Below are positions 1-12,655 of a stretch of DNA of 64,000 nt, in pieces. The translations under genes and the position numbers were made by a program. Every line of letters starts with the position of its first letter. Position 1 is the first letter of the stretch. Origin of the DNA: Pristiophorus japonicus (lineage: Eukaryota). Under the pieces are notes generated by a model. That model saw only the letters and a list, made by a program, of their open reading frames with translations. It searched no databases and had not been told where the DNA came from. The stretch is taken from the NCBI RefSeq assembly GCF_044704955.1, contig NC_091980.1, positions 268,832,001 through 268,896,000 of the forward strand. Direction: 5' to 3'.

Positions 1-437
1 AGGTTGAGTAGGTTAGGACTATACTCATTGAAGTTCAGAAGAATGAGAGGTGATCTTATCAAAACATGTAAGATAATGAGAGGGCTCAACAAATAGGATG
101 CAGAGAGGATATTTCCACTCATAGGGGAAACTAAAACAAGGGGGCATAGATTAAGAATAAGGGGTCACCCATTTAGAACTGAGAAGAGGAAGAATTTCTT
201 CACTGAGAGTTGTAAATCTGTGGAATTCTCTGCCCCAGAGAGCTGTGGAAACTGGGTCATTGAATATATTTAAGGCGGAGATAGACAGATTTTTGAGCGA
301 TAAGGGAATAAAGGGTTATGGGGAGCGGGCAGGGAAGTGGAACTGAGTCCATGATCAGATCAGCCATGATCTTATTAAATGGCGGAGCAGGTTCGAGGGG
401 GTCAAATGGCCTCTCCTGCTCCTATTTCTTGCCTTCT
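1..437 (+). mobile_element. CR1 LINE 3' end (ORF2 C-terminus and 3' UTR)
   Basis: RLSRLGLYSLKFRRMRGDLI and LWNSLPQ motifs; typical CR1 tail ending gctcctatttctt. Confidence 0.9.
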
Positions 438-572
438 TGTGAGGAAGCTTATTTAACTGTGTATCAACCCAAGATTTTATGATTTTGGATGCTGACATAG
501 TAGCCATGGTAGTAAAATGTTCTTTTATATCCAATGTAAATATTTCCAAAATAAATGCTCTATTTTGCACAG

Positions 573-641
573 GATATAGGTGAACTGGAAAAACTTGATT
601 CACTTCCAAATTTGACAGAGCTTTCGGTTGTTGGAAATCCT
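573..641 (+). CDS. LRRC9: LRRC9 internal exon (DIGELEKLDSLPNLTELSVVGNP), last LRR/LRRcap region
   Basis: ttttgcacAG acceptor and GTaagt donor; 69 nt, phase 0/0; resembles human LRRC9 as recalled ([23 protein letters not shown]). Confidence 0.88.
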
Positions 642-1816
642 GTAAGTATTATGATTTTGTGTGTTTTTTATAATTTACAAATTTATGAATTAGCTGTTAG
701 ATCAAAACTCTTTAGTATCTACACTTTCTTTCAATTAGCGCTTTTCTTCAAATAGCCTGATAAATAAAAGAAATGTTCAAGTGGGGAGATTGCATCTTCC
801 ACTGCACTCACCTCCTCTGCCTGAAACTAACTGGACGTTACCAGGGTCCAGTTGGGTCTTGACCTGGAATACTCTAAGATAAACAACTGCCTAAGTCAAA
901 TAGGCCTTCTTATAAACGGGACGGATTTCAAACTCAAAATACGTTTTAAGTTAGTCCTGCCAGTACATGGTTGGCAAGCACTACATTTGGTTCCAACAGA
1001 TTGTACAACAGCCTACATTTGTCCACAGTCCTGAGTCATCGTGAAGGTGGAAGAGGAATGGAACTAGAAGGAAAGTCATAAACAGTAACTTGCGCACACC
1101 TCCAGCAATGGACTCAGAACGACATTGGTAGAGGCCTGAGAGTAAAATGTACTCTTGCTCACTCAGCCTCTGTAATGTTCGGGCTAAGAGACCAGGCAAA
1201 AAGCAAAGAGGCAAAAAAATTGGAAACAGATATTCAGCCTTCATGGGGGGAAAAAACAAAAGCTAATAAAAATAAATGGTCAGTTGTTGCTGTGCACTGT
1301 TGCCTGTGGAAGATTTTTTCTAAATATATTTTATATCAACGCTGACCTTGAGCAGCAGCACACTCCATTCAGTTCATGCATATTAACATTCTCACTGATA
1401 GACTAAATGTATGATGAAAATGGTGTAACAAACAAATGAATGATAAATAACACACTCATGGGGTCCAAATTTGGCCCCCCCGTCTTTTCGGCGCACTCAC
1501 GTGAGATGCCCCGACTTCCTAGGCTTAAACCGGCACCAAAAAGACCTCCCTGGATTCTGGCCGCTCTGTTCACTCTCCCGGGGCTTGGCGCAGCGTGGCG
1601 ATTCCATTGGGGGGGCGGAGGTAGGGCCCTGCGCGAGAAAGAGTGCTGTCCGCTGTCCACATGCGCATTAGGGCATTCGCGCATGCGCAGTAGCTCCTGC
1701 TGATGATGCGTGCTGTAGCGTGGGACCCGATGCATCCCGCCCCTGTCCCGGGCCAAGTGGCCTGCCGCACAGGCCGGTCTGCTGCCTTCCCGGGCTAAGG
1801 CTACAAACAGGTTACA

Positions 1817-2080
1817 GAGAGTTTTGATCGGGGGGGAGGGAGGGGGGAGAGTTTTGATCGGGGGGGCTGAGGGAGGGGGGAGAGTTTTGATTTGGGGGGG
1901 AGGGGGAGAGTTTTGATGGGGGTGGGGGAGGGAGTGGGGAAGTTTTGATCGGGGGGGTGGTGGTGGAGGGAAGGAGGAGAGTTTTGACCCGGGGGGGGGG
2001 AAGGAGGAGAAGAGTTTTGATCCGGTGGGGGGGGAGAGTTTTGATCCGGGGAGGGGGAGTTTTGATCTGGGGCGGGGGTG
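1817..2080 (+). repeat. G-rich minisatellite (unit ~gagagttttgatc + G runs)
   Basis: about eight repeats of agttttgat separated by G tracts. Confidence 0.9.
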
Positions 2081-2547
2081 TTGATAACTGTGTAGCCAGT
2101 AATTTTAATGAGCTTACTCAAGACTTTCCTTCACCCTGTTGATGAAAATACTTTCCTACATAAGAATTATGAACAGGAAGTACTTCTCTTTTTTATTTGG
2201 ATATTTTGAAAAAATTATGTAAATATGTTTTGTCTCTTTACTTCTTTTATTTTTATAGTTTAAGCTTCCATGAATACTTCTGTTGCATAGTAAATTAACT
2301 TTGCGAAGTTTGTCATATGATGTCCTGTATAGCTGTTTGATTCTATTCACATTCTTTAGCCAAGTCATTAGTACCTATCTGCGCTGATTTCTTAACTTTC
2401 CGCAAGGCTTGTGGCCGTATACGCTGGCTTAAGTTAGTTTGGAGCAACTATTAGCTGGCCAAAGTGGCCTAAATGGCCAAAACAGGCGTAGATGGCTAGT
2501 AACGCCCCCTTTTGAAAAAAACTAAACTAAACTAAAAAAATTCTAAC

Positions 2548-3139
2548 TCATCATCATCATCATAGGCAGTCCCTCGAAGCAAGGATGAATTGCTTCCACG
2601 CCAAAAAGGAATGAGTTCACAGGTGTTTCAATGAAGGACCTAATATTCCAGATCCCGAAACACATCTTGGAGGGTGCGTGGATTTTTTTTATGTGTGGTG
2701 GCTGTTGAACACCAGCCACCACACGGGCTTGACAGAGCTAGGTCTTAGTCCAGTGGCAAGGATTAACCAAGACGACTGGAGACCAGCTCTGCTGCACGGA
2801 CCTAGTGTGCACACATATAGCAGTGTGGGCTGGCCCATGCTGCCCCTGGGCCCTTGCCTCTTCTGGGCCCCAGACTCACGCCTCTCCTGGGCCCCAGTGA
2901 CTTCCTTCTACAAACTCTTGCTCCTTCGCCCCTCCTGCTGTGCCTGCCCACACTGCAATCAGCGACCTGACTTCGCAGCTGTCGCCCTCCTGCAGTGGTA
3001 TGCCGCCGCACGCTGCTCCCTCTGATGGCCCCGACCTGCTGATGGTCTTGCAGGCCGGGACCATCAGAGCGAGCAGCCTGCGGCGGCATGGTCCTGGCCT
3101 GAAAGACCATCAGCAGGCCGGGGCCATCACAGGGAGCAG
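2548..3139 (-). mobile_element. non-autonomous RTE derivative (5' UTR fused to 3' tail) with a 5' inversion
   Basis: (TGA)n tail gggactgcctatgatgatga on minus strand; homologous to 16515-17061; AACTCA direct repeat at 2545-2550 and 3140-3145. Confidence 0.8.
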
Positions 3140-3334
3140 AACTCACTTACACTAGCGCAAATTGAACGTGCAAAATGGGGATTTTTAAGATACTCCAGAA
3201 AAATCAAGTTGCTCCAAAAAAAACGGAGCAGCTCCTGGGCAATTTTGAGCCCATGAATACTAAATATAAAATAAAATTGTATGTTTACAAAGTAAATGTT
3301 ATAAACAGCTATCTTATTTGTCACAGTGCAGTTA

Positions 3335-3478
3335 AGAACATAAGAACATAAGAAATAGGAGCAGGAGTAGGCCATTTTGCCCCTCGAGCCTGCTCCGCCA
3401 TTTAATAAGATCATGGCTGATCTGGTCATGGACTCAGCTACAATTCCCTGCCTGCTCCCCATAACCCTTTATTCCCAG
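3335..3478 (-). mobile_element. short CR1 3' tail
   Basis: aagaacataagaacataagaaataggagcaggagtaggcc, the reverse complement of the CR1 terminal repeat. Confidence 0.8.
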
Positions 3479-3599
3479 TTAAGCTGTGATTCAAAACCTT
3501 TCTTTGTCAATCACAAATCTTTTCCTTGTATGTGAAAATTAACATTTAATGCTTTACATCCAAAGAGAGTACCATATACATTGGCTACACAATGTCTGA

Positions 3600-4515
3600 A
3601 CTAGCAGCAATTCAGACAGTCCCCTTGGTTTAATGCTTTATCCATAAGACAGCATCTTCAACAGTACTACAATAGTGTGTCAGCCTACATTATGGCCTGG
3701 ATTTTGCGGTTGGAATAATTGTGAGACAATCAGCGCTTACCATTATTAAGGAGTAAAGCGGACAGAGACTTCCGGCATCCGCACATGCGGAGTTAAATGC
3801 GGAAGTCAGAAAATTGCTGTCCGAATTTCCCTGCTCCTCCACAAGCTTCGCTACACTGATACTTCGCTGACATACTCGGCATTGAAATATGTGAAGGGCA
3901 TGAAGTTGCGGTATTTACCCATTAAACAAGCCAGAAAAGGTTAGGACTTGTCCATTCAAATGTAAGTGAATTTTTAAGGAGTGATGAGTCTTAATTACTA
4001 CTAAACAATCTCTGGCACTGAAAATTTACTTTTACAAGTGTGGAGTCCTTTTCCCTCAGATTTTCATTATTGTTGGAGATTTCAAAAAATGTCAATTATT
4101 TTTTTTTACATTTTTCTGTCTCTTTTATCTCTCTCTCTCTCTCTTAATCCCATTTTTTTTTTTGCTTTCTGTACATGATTTTACATTGAATTAACTACTC
4201 TAACTTACACTTCCTGGTTTAGACTGGTATCTCAGTAAGGATTCTTCAATCTGATTGGTTAAGGAGACGCATTGTTGCTTGTCCTGTTCACACAGGTCCC
4301 AGATCCCCTGTAGAGGGCACTGCACTGTTTCTGACTCCCAATAACAGTAAGTTTCAGTGCAAAAGACCACGGGTAGCTATGAGCGTAATAAACGATGTTC
4401 GTTCGCCGCTGAACGCAAAATCCAGGCCTATGTGTTCAGGTTCCTGGAGTGGGGTTTGAACCCATGACCTTCTGACTTAGGAGGCTCGAGTGTTACCACT
4501 GAGCCAAGGCTGACA
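3600..4515 (-). mobile_element. tRNA-derived DeuSINE (SacSINE1-like) split by a MITE
   Basis: minus strand tgtcagccttggctcagtgg (A box) and gggttcaaaccc (B box) at ~4450-4515; sequence continues left of the MITE. Confidence 0.65.
3694..4428. mobile_element. PIF/Harbinger-like MITE
   Basis: perfect 15-bp TIR GGCCTGGATTTTGCG and 3-bp TSD TAT. Confidence 0.85.
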
Positions 4516-4621
4516 ACTAAGTAGGTTTAAGGACAATTCCTTTAACTCTGAAAGAGGATGATAGCCATTTTCCCATGTTAGCACATAGTGCAAAGTCTTA
4601 TATAACCATTTATCATGTATT

Positions 4622-5050
4622 TGGATATGGTACTATAGTAGTTATGTACTGGACTAGTAATCCAGAGACCTGGATTAATAATCAAGAGAACATGAGTCCA
4701 AATCCCTCCATGGCATTTTGAGAATTTGGATTGAGTTTTTTTTTGATCTGGAAATAAAAAGCTGTTATCAGTAAAAAATGACCATGAAGTTGTCGGATTG
4801 TCATAAACACCCAACTGGTTCACTAATGTCCTTTCGGGAAGGAAACATGCTGCCCTTACCTGGCTTAGTCTCCATGTAACTCCAGTTCCACATCAACGTG
4901 GTTGACTCTGAAGTAGCTTAGCAAACCATTCAGTTGTATGAAACTACTACAAAGTTCGAGAAGGAGGTCCACCGCCACCTTCTCAGGACAACTATGGATG
5001 CACAATAAATGCCAGCCTTGGCAGCGAAGCCCAAATCCCAAGAATGAATA
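4622..5050 (+). mobile_element. HE1-like tRNA-derived SINE
   Basis: tRNA-like head; 3' tail (caccttctc...caataaatgc...atcccaagaatgaa) shared with the LINE fragment at 45280-45910. Confidence 0.7.
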
Positions 5051-6308
5051 ACAAAATACTTTGTCACAATTGGGCTTCATCTGTCAAAAGTATAAAACAT
5101 TACAAAAATTACAATTTTTATTCTTTTAAAAATGAACATTTTTTTCACAATTGAAATAATTGCTCATTCGTTACAATAATGTTTAAAAAAGCTTAAGTGT
5201 ATGCCTGTTCAGTCAGTATATTCAGAAACCATGATGTAGACCAAGCTTCACCTTTTAATGCATTATTTAAGTATTCTACCAGCAACTACATTCAAATTTC
5301 AGCTATGTACCTAAACAGACATGGTTAAATTTAAAAATAAAATGTACCATCGTTATTTTCTACTTGCTTTTCTGGTACTTATATACCAATTCCGAATAGC
5401 AACTTCAGTAGTGCCATTGTCACACAGACTGTTCCTCCCACACATCAGCATGTAGGGAAATGATTGAGGAATATATACTGCAATATAAACATAAGGACCA
5501 CTTCTACTATTTTTGTAAAAGCCACAGTTACAGCTTTCTCTATCTGCAAAGTTTTTGTGAGAAATGCCTGAACTTCCTAAGTTATCAATCATCACTAGAG
5601 GTACAGAAAAATGATTTTGTGCATTTAATTTTTTTTCTCCTCTCTTCTCTCCTGAAGTCATTGACTTCTTGCTGGGGTGTACTCCAGTATCCCGTCCAGG
5701 CAACCATTTTTCATACGTGCACCTTGACAGTGATGCCAAAATACATCACAAACAAGCCCAATCCAGTTCCCAATCACATGTGAATGGGATTATTATCTCA
5801 CAATCAGGAGGGAGAATTTGCGCCGATTTTCCCTTTCTTAATTCCCGGCACTGGATCTAATTGTAGTTCCCAAGCATTGCCCCAGCTGTGATCAACTAAC
5901 TCTGCACAGGTAAAGAACTGAACTTGGAACTTTTATGGTCTGTATGGCTCAGACCGTTATTTAATAATCCCCCCAAACTATCTGAGGAGTTCAGGTTACA
6001 TTTGTTAAAAACTGATCACTTAATCATTTACTATTGTTTTTAAAAGATTTGTATCATCATTGAATGGGTTTACAAGTTACAAATAAGAGCAATTCTTGTT
6101 AAACAATCTATTAATTTGAAGATGCTGTTTGTTATTAATACTTCACAATATAGGCAGCTCTAAAATTATTAACATTTGTGGAATACTGAGCGTGTTTAAT
6201 GTAGTATGTGAGTCTACTATGTCACCTGATGACTGTTATGAATCTAAAGCCTTAAGAGGATGAAGAAGTGAGGCGTTTTTGAGATGACCAATGTAAATTT
6301 TTTTGTAG

Positions 6309-6434
6309 GTCTCTCGTAAAATCTTGTATCGTCCATTCCTAGTGTTCCGATTGATGAGGCTCCAGATCTTAGATGATGTACCAGTTACTGTGGATGAGAA
6401 AGAAAAAGCTGAACTTCTATTGTGTGAGCACAAT
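6309..6434 (+). CDS. LRRC9: LRRC9 exon (VSRKILYRPFLVFRLMRLQILDDVPVTVDEKEKAELLLCEHN), LRRcap
   Basis: tttttgtAG ... GTaaga; 126 nt, phase 0/0, in frame with previous exon; resembles LRRC9 [35 protein letters not shown]. Confidence 0.88.
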
Positions 6435-7939
6435 GTAAGAATTTTGTTTGTTTAAAGTGCTAGCAGATCCCCTGTGGAATTGCTCACAGTGAGTTGAACA
6501 ATACACTGTTTTATAACAGGAATGGTTATGCTATAACATCATGGTCACTGATTTAAGGTGACTGAATAAGTCAAATTCTATTTTTAAGACATGATAGTCT
6601 GGGATTTTAATCAATGCTTTGGTGGTTAAATTCCATAACTCTGTCTATTATTCTGTGACTATCATAAATGAGTGGCCTTTATTTTCTATATATTCCTTTA
6701 GCTATGAATTTCAATTTTCATCCTTTACCATTTTTAATATTGAAGATACACAGCAATATGGATCAGCCAGAGAGGTAGATACCAGAGTTTTATCAGTATC
6801 AGGGAGAAGGAATGGGGTTTAACTACACTGGGGAGGGAGTGGGGGGCAGGGCAGGAGAATCCTTTATTTTGGAAAAATTAGGAGTGATCTTGGGCTTTGT
6901 TATTACAAGGGTTTGGTAAAACTGGGGTAGGAGTGCTGGTATTTGCCAGCATTGACAGGGTCTGTGGAGGGGAAACCTGGGATATGGTAGAACATGAGAG
7001 TGGAATGCAGGTATTGACTCACTGGTGGATTCCCAGGGTACCTGGAAGATCTCTACAAACATTGAATTTTGTTTCTGTGGTTTATTTCTTGACTTATGTC
7101 TGCCCCTGTATCTGACTAATCTCTCTATCCCTATTTGTCTCTCAGTATCACATGTATCACTAATTAGATTGTTTAAGTTTAGTAACTATCAACAAAACAC
7201 AGGTGATAGCAATTAAAAGCTGTTTCCCTGAAAAGCTTTCAAAATTCATTTGTTTCGTATAGAGAAAAGAACAAAGAACTCAAATTAGGATGAGAAAAAA
7301 ACATTCTATATTTTTCTTTCTCCCTGTGCATGTGTCTCTCTTTGTCTCTGTCTCCACTTCTTGCTCTCTCACTGTCTCTCACAGCTCGACAGTCTTTCAG
7401 AATTATATAGGTGAAAGCTATTATTTAAAAGATTAATTGAAAGACTACTCAAATTTATAATATAACTTATATTCAAATAATTTTCAAAAACATAAATTGA
7501 AATACTGTTATACACAAACATAATTTGAATTTTTCACTGAGAAAAATCATTAATCGAATGTTTATAATTCAAACATAAGCCAAATATTACAGGTATATTG
7601 TCAGTACAGTCTGTCAGGTTGGAAATAGTTCTTTTTTTTCTCTCTTTATCTCCCTTATCCTCTCAAACACACAACTACACACCCATACACATATACATGT
7701 ACACACAACTTTCTGTTTAAAAAAAAACATCTAAACTTTTCCCGAATAAAGCTTTTGAATTTTGCCCTCTAGCTCTGAAAAACAACAAAGCAGAAACTGC
7801 TGATAGCTAAAGAGAACCATTTGTCATTGGCTGGAACGACAAGACAATGAGGATAGGAGTAGTGAAGTTGGGCAGCAGTGAGCAGGCCATGGCCTTGGGG
7901 AGAGCTGGAGAAGGGAACTATGGCCTGACAGCCACTCCT

Positions 7940-9040
7940 GAATAATGAAGTCTTCCAGAGATATATCCTTGGACCGCTCCGCTTCCTCATCTATATCTTG
8001 GCGACATCATCCACAGACATAGGATCAGCTTCCACATGTATGCTGATGACACCTAGTTCTACCTCTCCACCACCCCTCTTGACCCCTCCACTGCGTTGTC
8101 AGGAACAAAGCTAAACATTGGAGACACTGAAGCCGTCAACTTTGACCTCTGCCACAAACTGCCTACTCTTGTCACCGATTCCATCTCCCTCCTCAATCAA
8201 TGTCTCAGGCTGAACCAGACTGTTCCCAATCTCAGAGTCCTATTTGATGCTGAGCTGAGCTTCCAACTCCATATCCACTCCATTACAAAGACTGCCTACT
8301 CCCTCCTCCATAGCATCACCTGCTTCTGCCCCTGCCACAGCCCATCTGCTGCTGAAGCCCTCATCCATGCCTTTGTCACTTCTAAACTCAACTATTCTAA
8401 TACTCAAAATAAAAACAGAAAATGCTGGAAATACTCAGCAGGCTAGGCAGCATCTGTGGAGAGAGAAACAGTTCTGACGAAAGGTCATCAACCTGAAACG
8501 TTAACTCTGTTTCTCTCTTCACAGATGCTGCCTGACCTGCTGAGTATTTCCAGTATTTTCTGTTTTTATTTCAGATTTCCAGCATTCGCAGTATTTTGCT
8601 TTTGCATTCCACTGCACTCCTGGCTGGCCTCCCATCTTCCACCTTCCATAAACCTAAGCTCATCCAAAACTCTGCTGGCCGCATCCTAACTCATACCAAG
8701 TCCTGTTCACCCATCAATCCTGTGCTCGCTGACCTATATTAACTCCTGGTTAAGCAGGTCGATATATTTTGCTTTTGTTTTCCAATGCTCTCCTGGCCAG
8801 TCTCCCATCCTCCACGCTAATCTTCAGCTCATTTAAAAATTCTTCTGCCTGTATCCTATCCCACACCAAGTCTTGCTCATGTATTACCCTATCCTCACTG
8901 ACCTATTTTGGCTCCCAGTCCCTAAACGTATCAAATTTTAAATTCTAATCCTGGTGTTTAAATCCTTTCATGGCCTCACCCCTCCAAATCTCTGAAACCT
9001 CCTATAGTCCTACAACCCCTTCCCTGTAATCTCCATTCCT
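7940..9040 (+). mobile_element. degenerate L2 LINE (RT C-terminal half) interrupted by a Penelope-like piece
   Basis: ILGP, SFHMYADDT and LIHAFVTSKLNYSN motifs with stops and frameshifts. Confidence 0.8.
8405..8604. mobile_element. Penelope-like palindromic terminal-repeat fragment with hammerhead ribozyme core
   Basis: ~65-bp inverted arms flanking CTGACGA-aggt/acct stem-GAAACGTTA at 8474-8503. Confidence 0.7.
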
Positions 9041-10146
9041 TGAGTATGTTTGTTTTTACTTCAGTTACTGAAGCTCCAGTTCGGTGCAAAAGGGCCAATT
9101 AATCATGGCCTTGAGTTTAGTCAGAGCTGTCCATCATTGGTCAGTGGATATTATCTTCTATGTACACAAGTGAGATAGCACCAGAAAATAAAGCATTCAA
9201 ACAATAAAATTGTTTCTGTGCTTATCTTTGTGTCGTTACTGAAAGACAGATTTTTTTTTAAACATCTTGCAGTATTCATTACCTACTGTTTACTTTATTG
9301 TTGCTTCTCTCCCTTCCCCATTTCATTGTATCCATTTTGCTGTTTCTCTTTCTGTTCTTTTTCTTCTCTACTTTTTGGCTTTGTTTTCAACCTCTTCTGC
9401 TGTTTCCTCCTTTTCTCTAGTTCTCTGCATTCTGTACCTTTTACTTCCCGCTCCTATAGAGTTGCTGCTGACTCAGACATAATTATTGGTAAGTAGGAAT
9501 GTATTGCAGTGAGAGTCAGTTGATATTGCTGGATGTCAGAGCTATTCCACTCTCACCCGAGGTAAAACTGATATACTTTTGATGGTGAGTTCCCTACGGT
9601 GATCTAATTCCCAGAAGTTATTTATCTAGGTCTAATTCAAACATAGCTGCAAACATAAAAGGTATCCTACATTCTCTCAAAGGATTACTTTTTTTCTTTC
9701 TTTTTTTTTCATTGTTCTGCTTCTCCTCCCTTCCTTTCCAGAACATTTTGACTCCTTACGAGGATGCCATTCTGTGGGGAAGATTGCTCTCTGTTACCTT
9801 GCCTAAGTAATCATTTTTTATGTCTGATCCTAGACCGGCTGGGTAGATTTATTCAGTGTAACTCTTCTGTTCATATCCGACTGAACCCGCAATCATAAAA
9901 TATAAAATCTGAGTACACCAGCCAAGCATCCTACAAATGCATATTGCATAGTGAATGACCAGTAGCTCCTTGTATTTTTGCTGCACACGAGTTGGAAACT
10001 CCTTCAATTCTAGGGTGGGGAAAAGCCACCAATCTGGACAGGAAATGTTTGCGGTTAAAGTGGTCATTTTCACTTTCAGTTATTTAGTAGTAATTTCAGA
10101 AATAGATTTCAATATTCACTGTATTAACATTTTATTTTATCAATAG

Positions 10147-10324
10147 GGAATTCCTTCAAATCCTCCTACAGAAACAGGGTTGTCTATAATTATGCCATTG
10201 TTAACCAGGCCCAATGCATTGCGGCCAGCTAATAGTCTTGCTAGAGCGTTGCCGCCTTTTTCACCACCAGAATTCAATCTCCCACATGGCTTTGGGGACT
10301 CAATATCACAGGAAACAGCCAAAA
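10147..10324 (+). CDS. LRRC9: LRRC9 C-terminal exon (GIPSNPPTETGLSIIMPLLTRPNALRPANSL...SQETAK)
   Basis: ttttatcaatAG ... GTaaga; 178 nt open in phase 0, ends in phase 1; compatible with both neighbours. Confidence 0.75.
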
Positions 10325-11764
10325 GTAAGAAATAGTAACTTCTTGTTCTTAAACAACAATCTGCAGAGATTATGTATTACTTCCAACAAATTTTCTTGTT
10401 TATTTGTTCTGTGTGCCAAATTGCCTAATACCGATACCTTAAAAAACTCAGAGAGATGCGGTAACAATGTGTTAGGGGAATGATTTCCAGGAATCAATGC
10501 TTTAATCCAGTGAAGAATCAATGAGCTCTCCATCTCCCTCTCTTCCTTTTAAGTCCCTCCTAAAAACCCACCTGTTTGGCCAAGCTTTTAATCACCCCTC
10601 CTAATATCTCCTTCTTTGGCTCAGTTTCTATTTTTTTGTTCTGGTTACGTGCTGTGAAGCAACTTGCAACATTTTTCTATGTTAAAGGCACTATATAAAT
10701 GAAAATTGTTGTTAAAATATTGGTTCTTTATTACTACCTAAGCCTCCCTGTGCTGTGAAATTCACCCGATTTACATCATGATGCATATTCCACAGTTTTG
10801 GAACAATAGAAAAACAACTGCCATTGTTCTGCCATTGTACCCATCCCCATAGTTGAGCAAAGTTCATATTGGTTACTAAGCATAAAACTATTATTTTCCT
10901 GTACAGATAAGTTGAAAATATGACGGCATGTACTTCAAGAGGTACTGTTTATGTTGCTGCCAGGAATGTCTCTGCCTACTGCCGACTCCCACCTCCATAG
11001 CATCACTTGCTCTGCCCCTGCCACAGCCCATCTGCTGCTGAAGCCCTCATCCATGCCTTTGTCACTTCTAAACTCAACTGTTCTAATGCTCTAATTCTAG
11101 TGCTGATTAAACTAGTGCTGATTAAACTCACCAGTTTTAGATGGGTCTTACCACCTCCGGAGGCTGCCGTGCCTTACAATTCATGTAACTGTGTCATCAC
11201 CATTCTCAGTAGACCAGTAGTGTGACACATTGGCTAAGAGGACCTTGTTAACTAGCTCCAATCTGAATAGTTCTGTACAGAGATAAGAAACTACCGAAGG
11301 GTTTGAGAGGAAATAACAAATTAGAGAGAATATATATTGAAATGAATATAAAAGTTGGACAATAGATTTAGTCGCAAAATATTGAAGTGAATATAAAAGT
11401 TGAACAATAGTTTTAGTCCCAAAATATGCCACCTACTATCTTATGTTTGTGTCATTTAAATATCTCTTGTTTTCCAATTCAACGCTTTCCAACCCAAAGA
11501 GTAAAAATACTTGCTCCAATTTTACAGGAGCAAAATGTAGAAAAAAACATGCAATTTCTGATTTTATATACTGCAAAATCAATAAAAGTCAGACAAAGTT
11601 ACCATGATGATTGCTATGAGAATATTGATAAAGCATGTTATGTGAAGAATATATTTTAAAATACACAGTTCTGACTTGCAAGCTTTAGATATCTTACTTA
11701 AAGTAATCATTTACATTGAAATAGATCTCAGAACGTTCTTATCAATATATAAACAATGTTGCAG

Positions 11765-11939
11765 ATAAGAAACACAAGCATTTGGGAGGGAACCTCCCAA
11801 ATACTCGCAGCGTACATCCAGACATTGTTTGCAGGCAGATGAAAAGTGGAGCAAACTATCAACCTCCTTATATGCAGCAGCAGAGGGGCAGTTCTCGCAA
11901 TATGCGGACTTCAATGCACAGCCAAGATCAAGATAACAG
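11765..11939 (+). CDS. LRRC9: LRRC9 C-terminal exon (NKKHKHLGGNLPNTRSVHPDIVCRQMKSGANYQPPYMQQQ...QDQDNR)
   Basis: gttgcAG ... GTatgc; 175 nt open in phase 1, matching the upstream exon; ends in phase 2. Confidence 0.7.
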
Positions 11940-12624
11940 GTATGCAGCTAGTTTACTTTGAATTCTATATTCAGAATTGCTTCATAAATAATGTATTTTA
12001 CGGAAGATAAAATGCAGACTCTAATTAATTTTTCTAAAGTACAACTTGTATTCTGTAAATGGACAACAGCGTGTCCATCAGAGCAGTCTTATTTGACTGA
12101 AGCTTTGCTTATTTAAGCAACTATGACTGTCAATCCAAAAATAAGGTCCCCACTGAAAAATTAAATGTAAATGCATTCAAAAATATAATTGCATTACCAT
12201 TTTGTGCATCTTAGAACAAAATTTAACAAAAGTTCTGAGAAGCAATTAATTTTTAAATTGAAAGAAATGTTGAACATTTTCTATTTGAATAATGTTTCTT
12301 TCAAATATGCAAAGGTTGCTTTCTTTTCTAAGATAATAACATTATTATGGAGGGAAACAGGAGATCACACTTCACTTGAATTCTAAAATCCACATTAATA
12401 TTTGTGGCTGCTCACAGAGTGACACCTATTAAATGTTTTAATCAGTATTTTTAATTCAGCAAAATGGCTGGAGTTTGCATCCAATCAGTAGCTTATTGCT
12501 TTGATTATTGGATTTTGGGATTATAGAAAAACATGTTTAGAACTTTATTTTAATTCCACATGAAATGATAGTTTTAGTAGGGCATATATATATAATTGAA
12601 TGACATTATTGCCATATTATTCAG

Positions 12625-12655
12625 GTCCCATAACTATCACCCATTTATAAAATAA
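12625..12655 (+). CDS. LRRC9: probable terminal coding exon of LRRC9 (R-SHNYHPFIK-stop)
   Basis: ttattcAG acceptor in phase 2, TAA at 12653-12655, ATTAAA at 12705-12710 followed by a GT-rich tract; short exon with weak acceptor. Confidence 0.45.

Larger units (their letters stand above)
1461..3252. mobile_element. non-autonomous PIF/Harbinger-like DNA transposon carrying a minisatellite and an RTE-derived insert
   Basis: imperfect TIRs GGGTCCAAATTTGGCCC / GGGCAATTTTGAGCCC with 3-bp direct flank ATG on both sides. Confidence 0.6.

Noticed and set aside
1817-2080. Regularly spaced short repeats resembling a CRISPR array
   Set aside because: The spacers are G homopolymer tracts rather than unique sequences, the context is eukaryotic, and there are no cas genes.
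11337-11426. ~45-bp tandem duplication in an intron (similar case at ~17066-17130)
   Set aside because: An ordinary two-copy slippage duplication with no sign of function.
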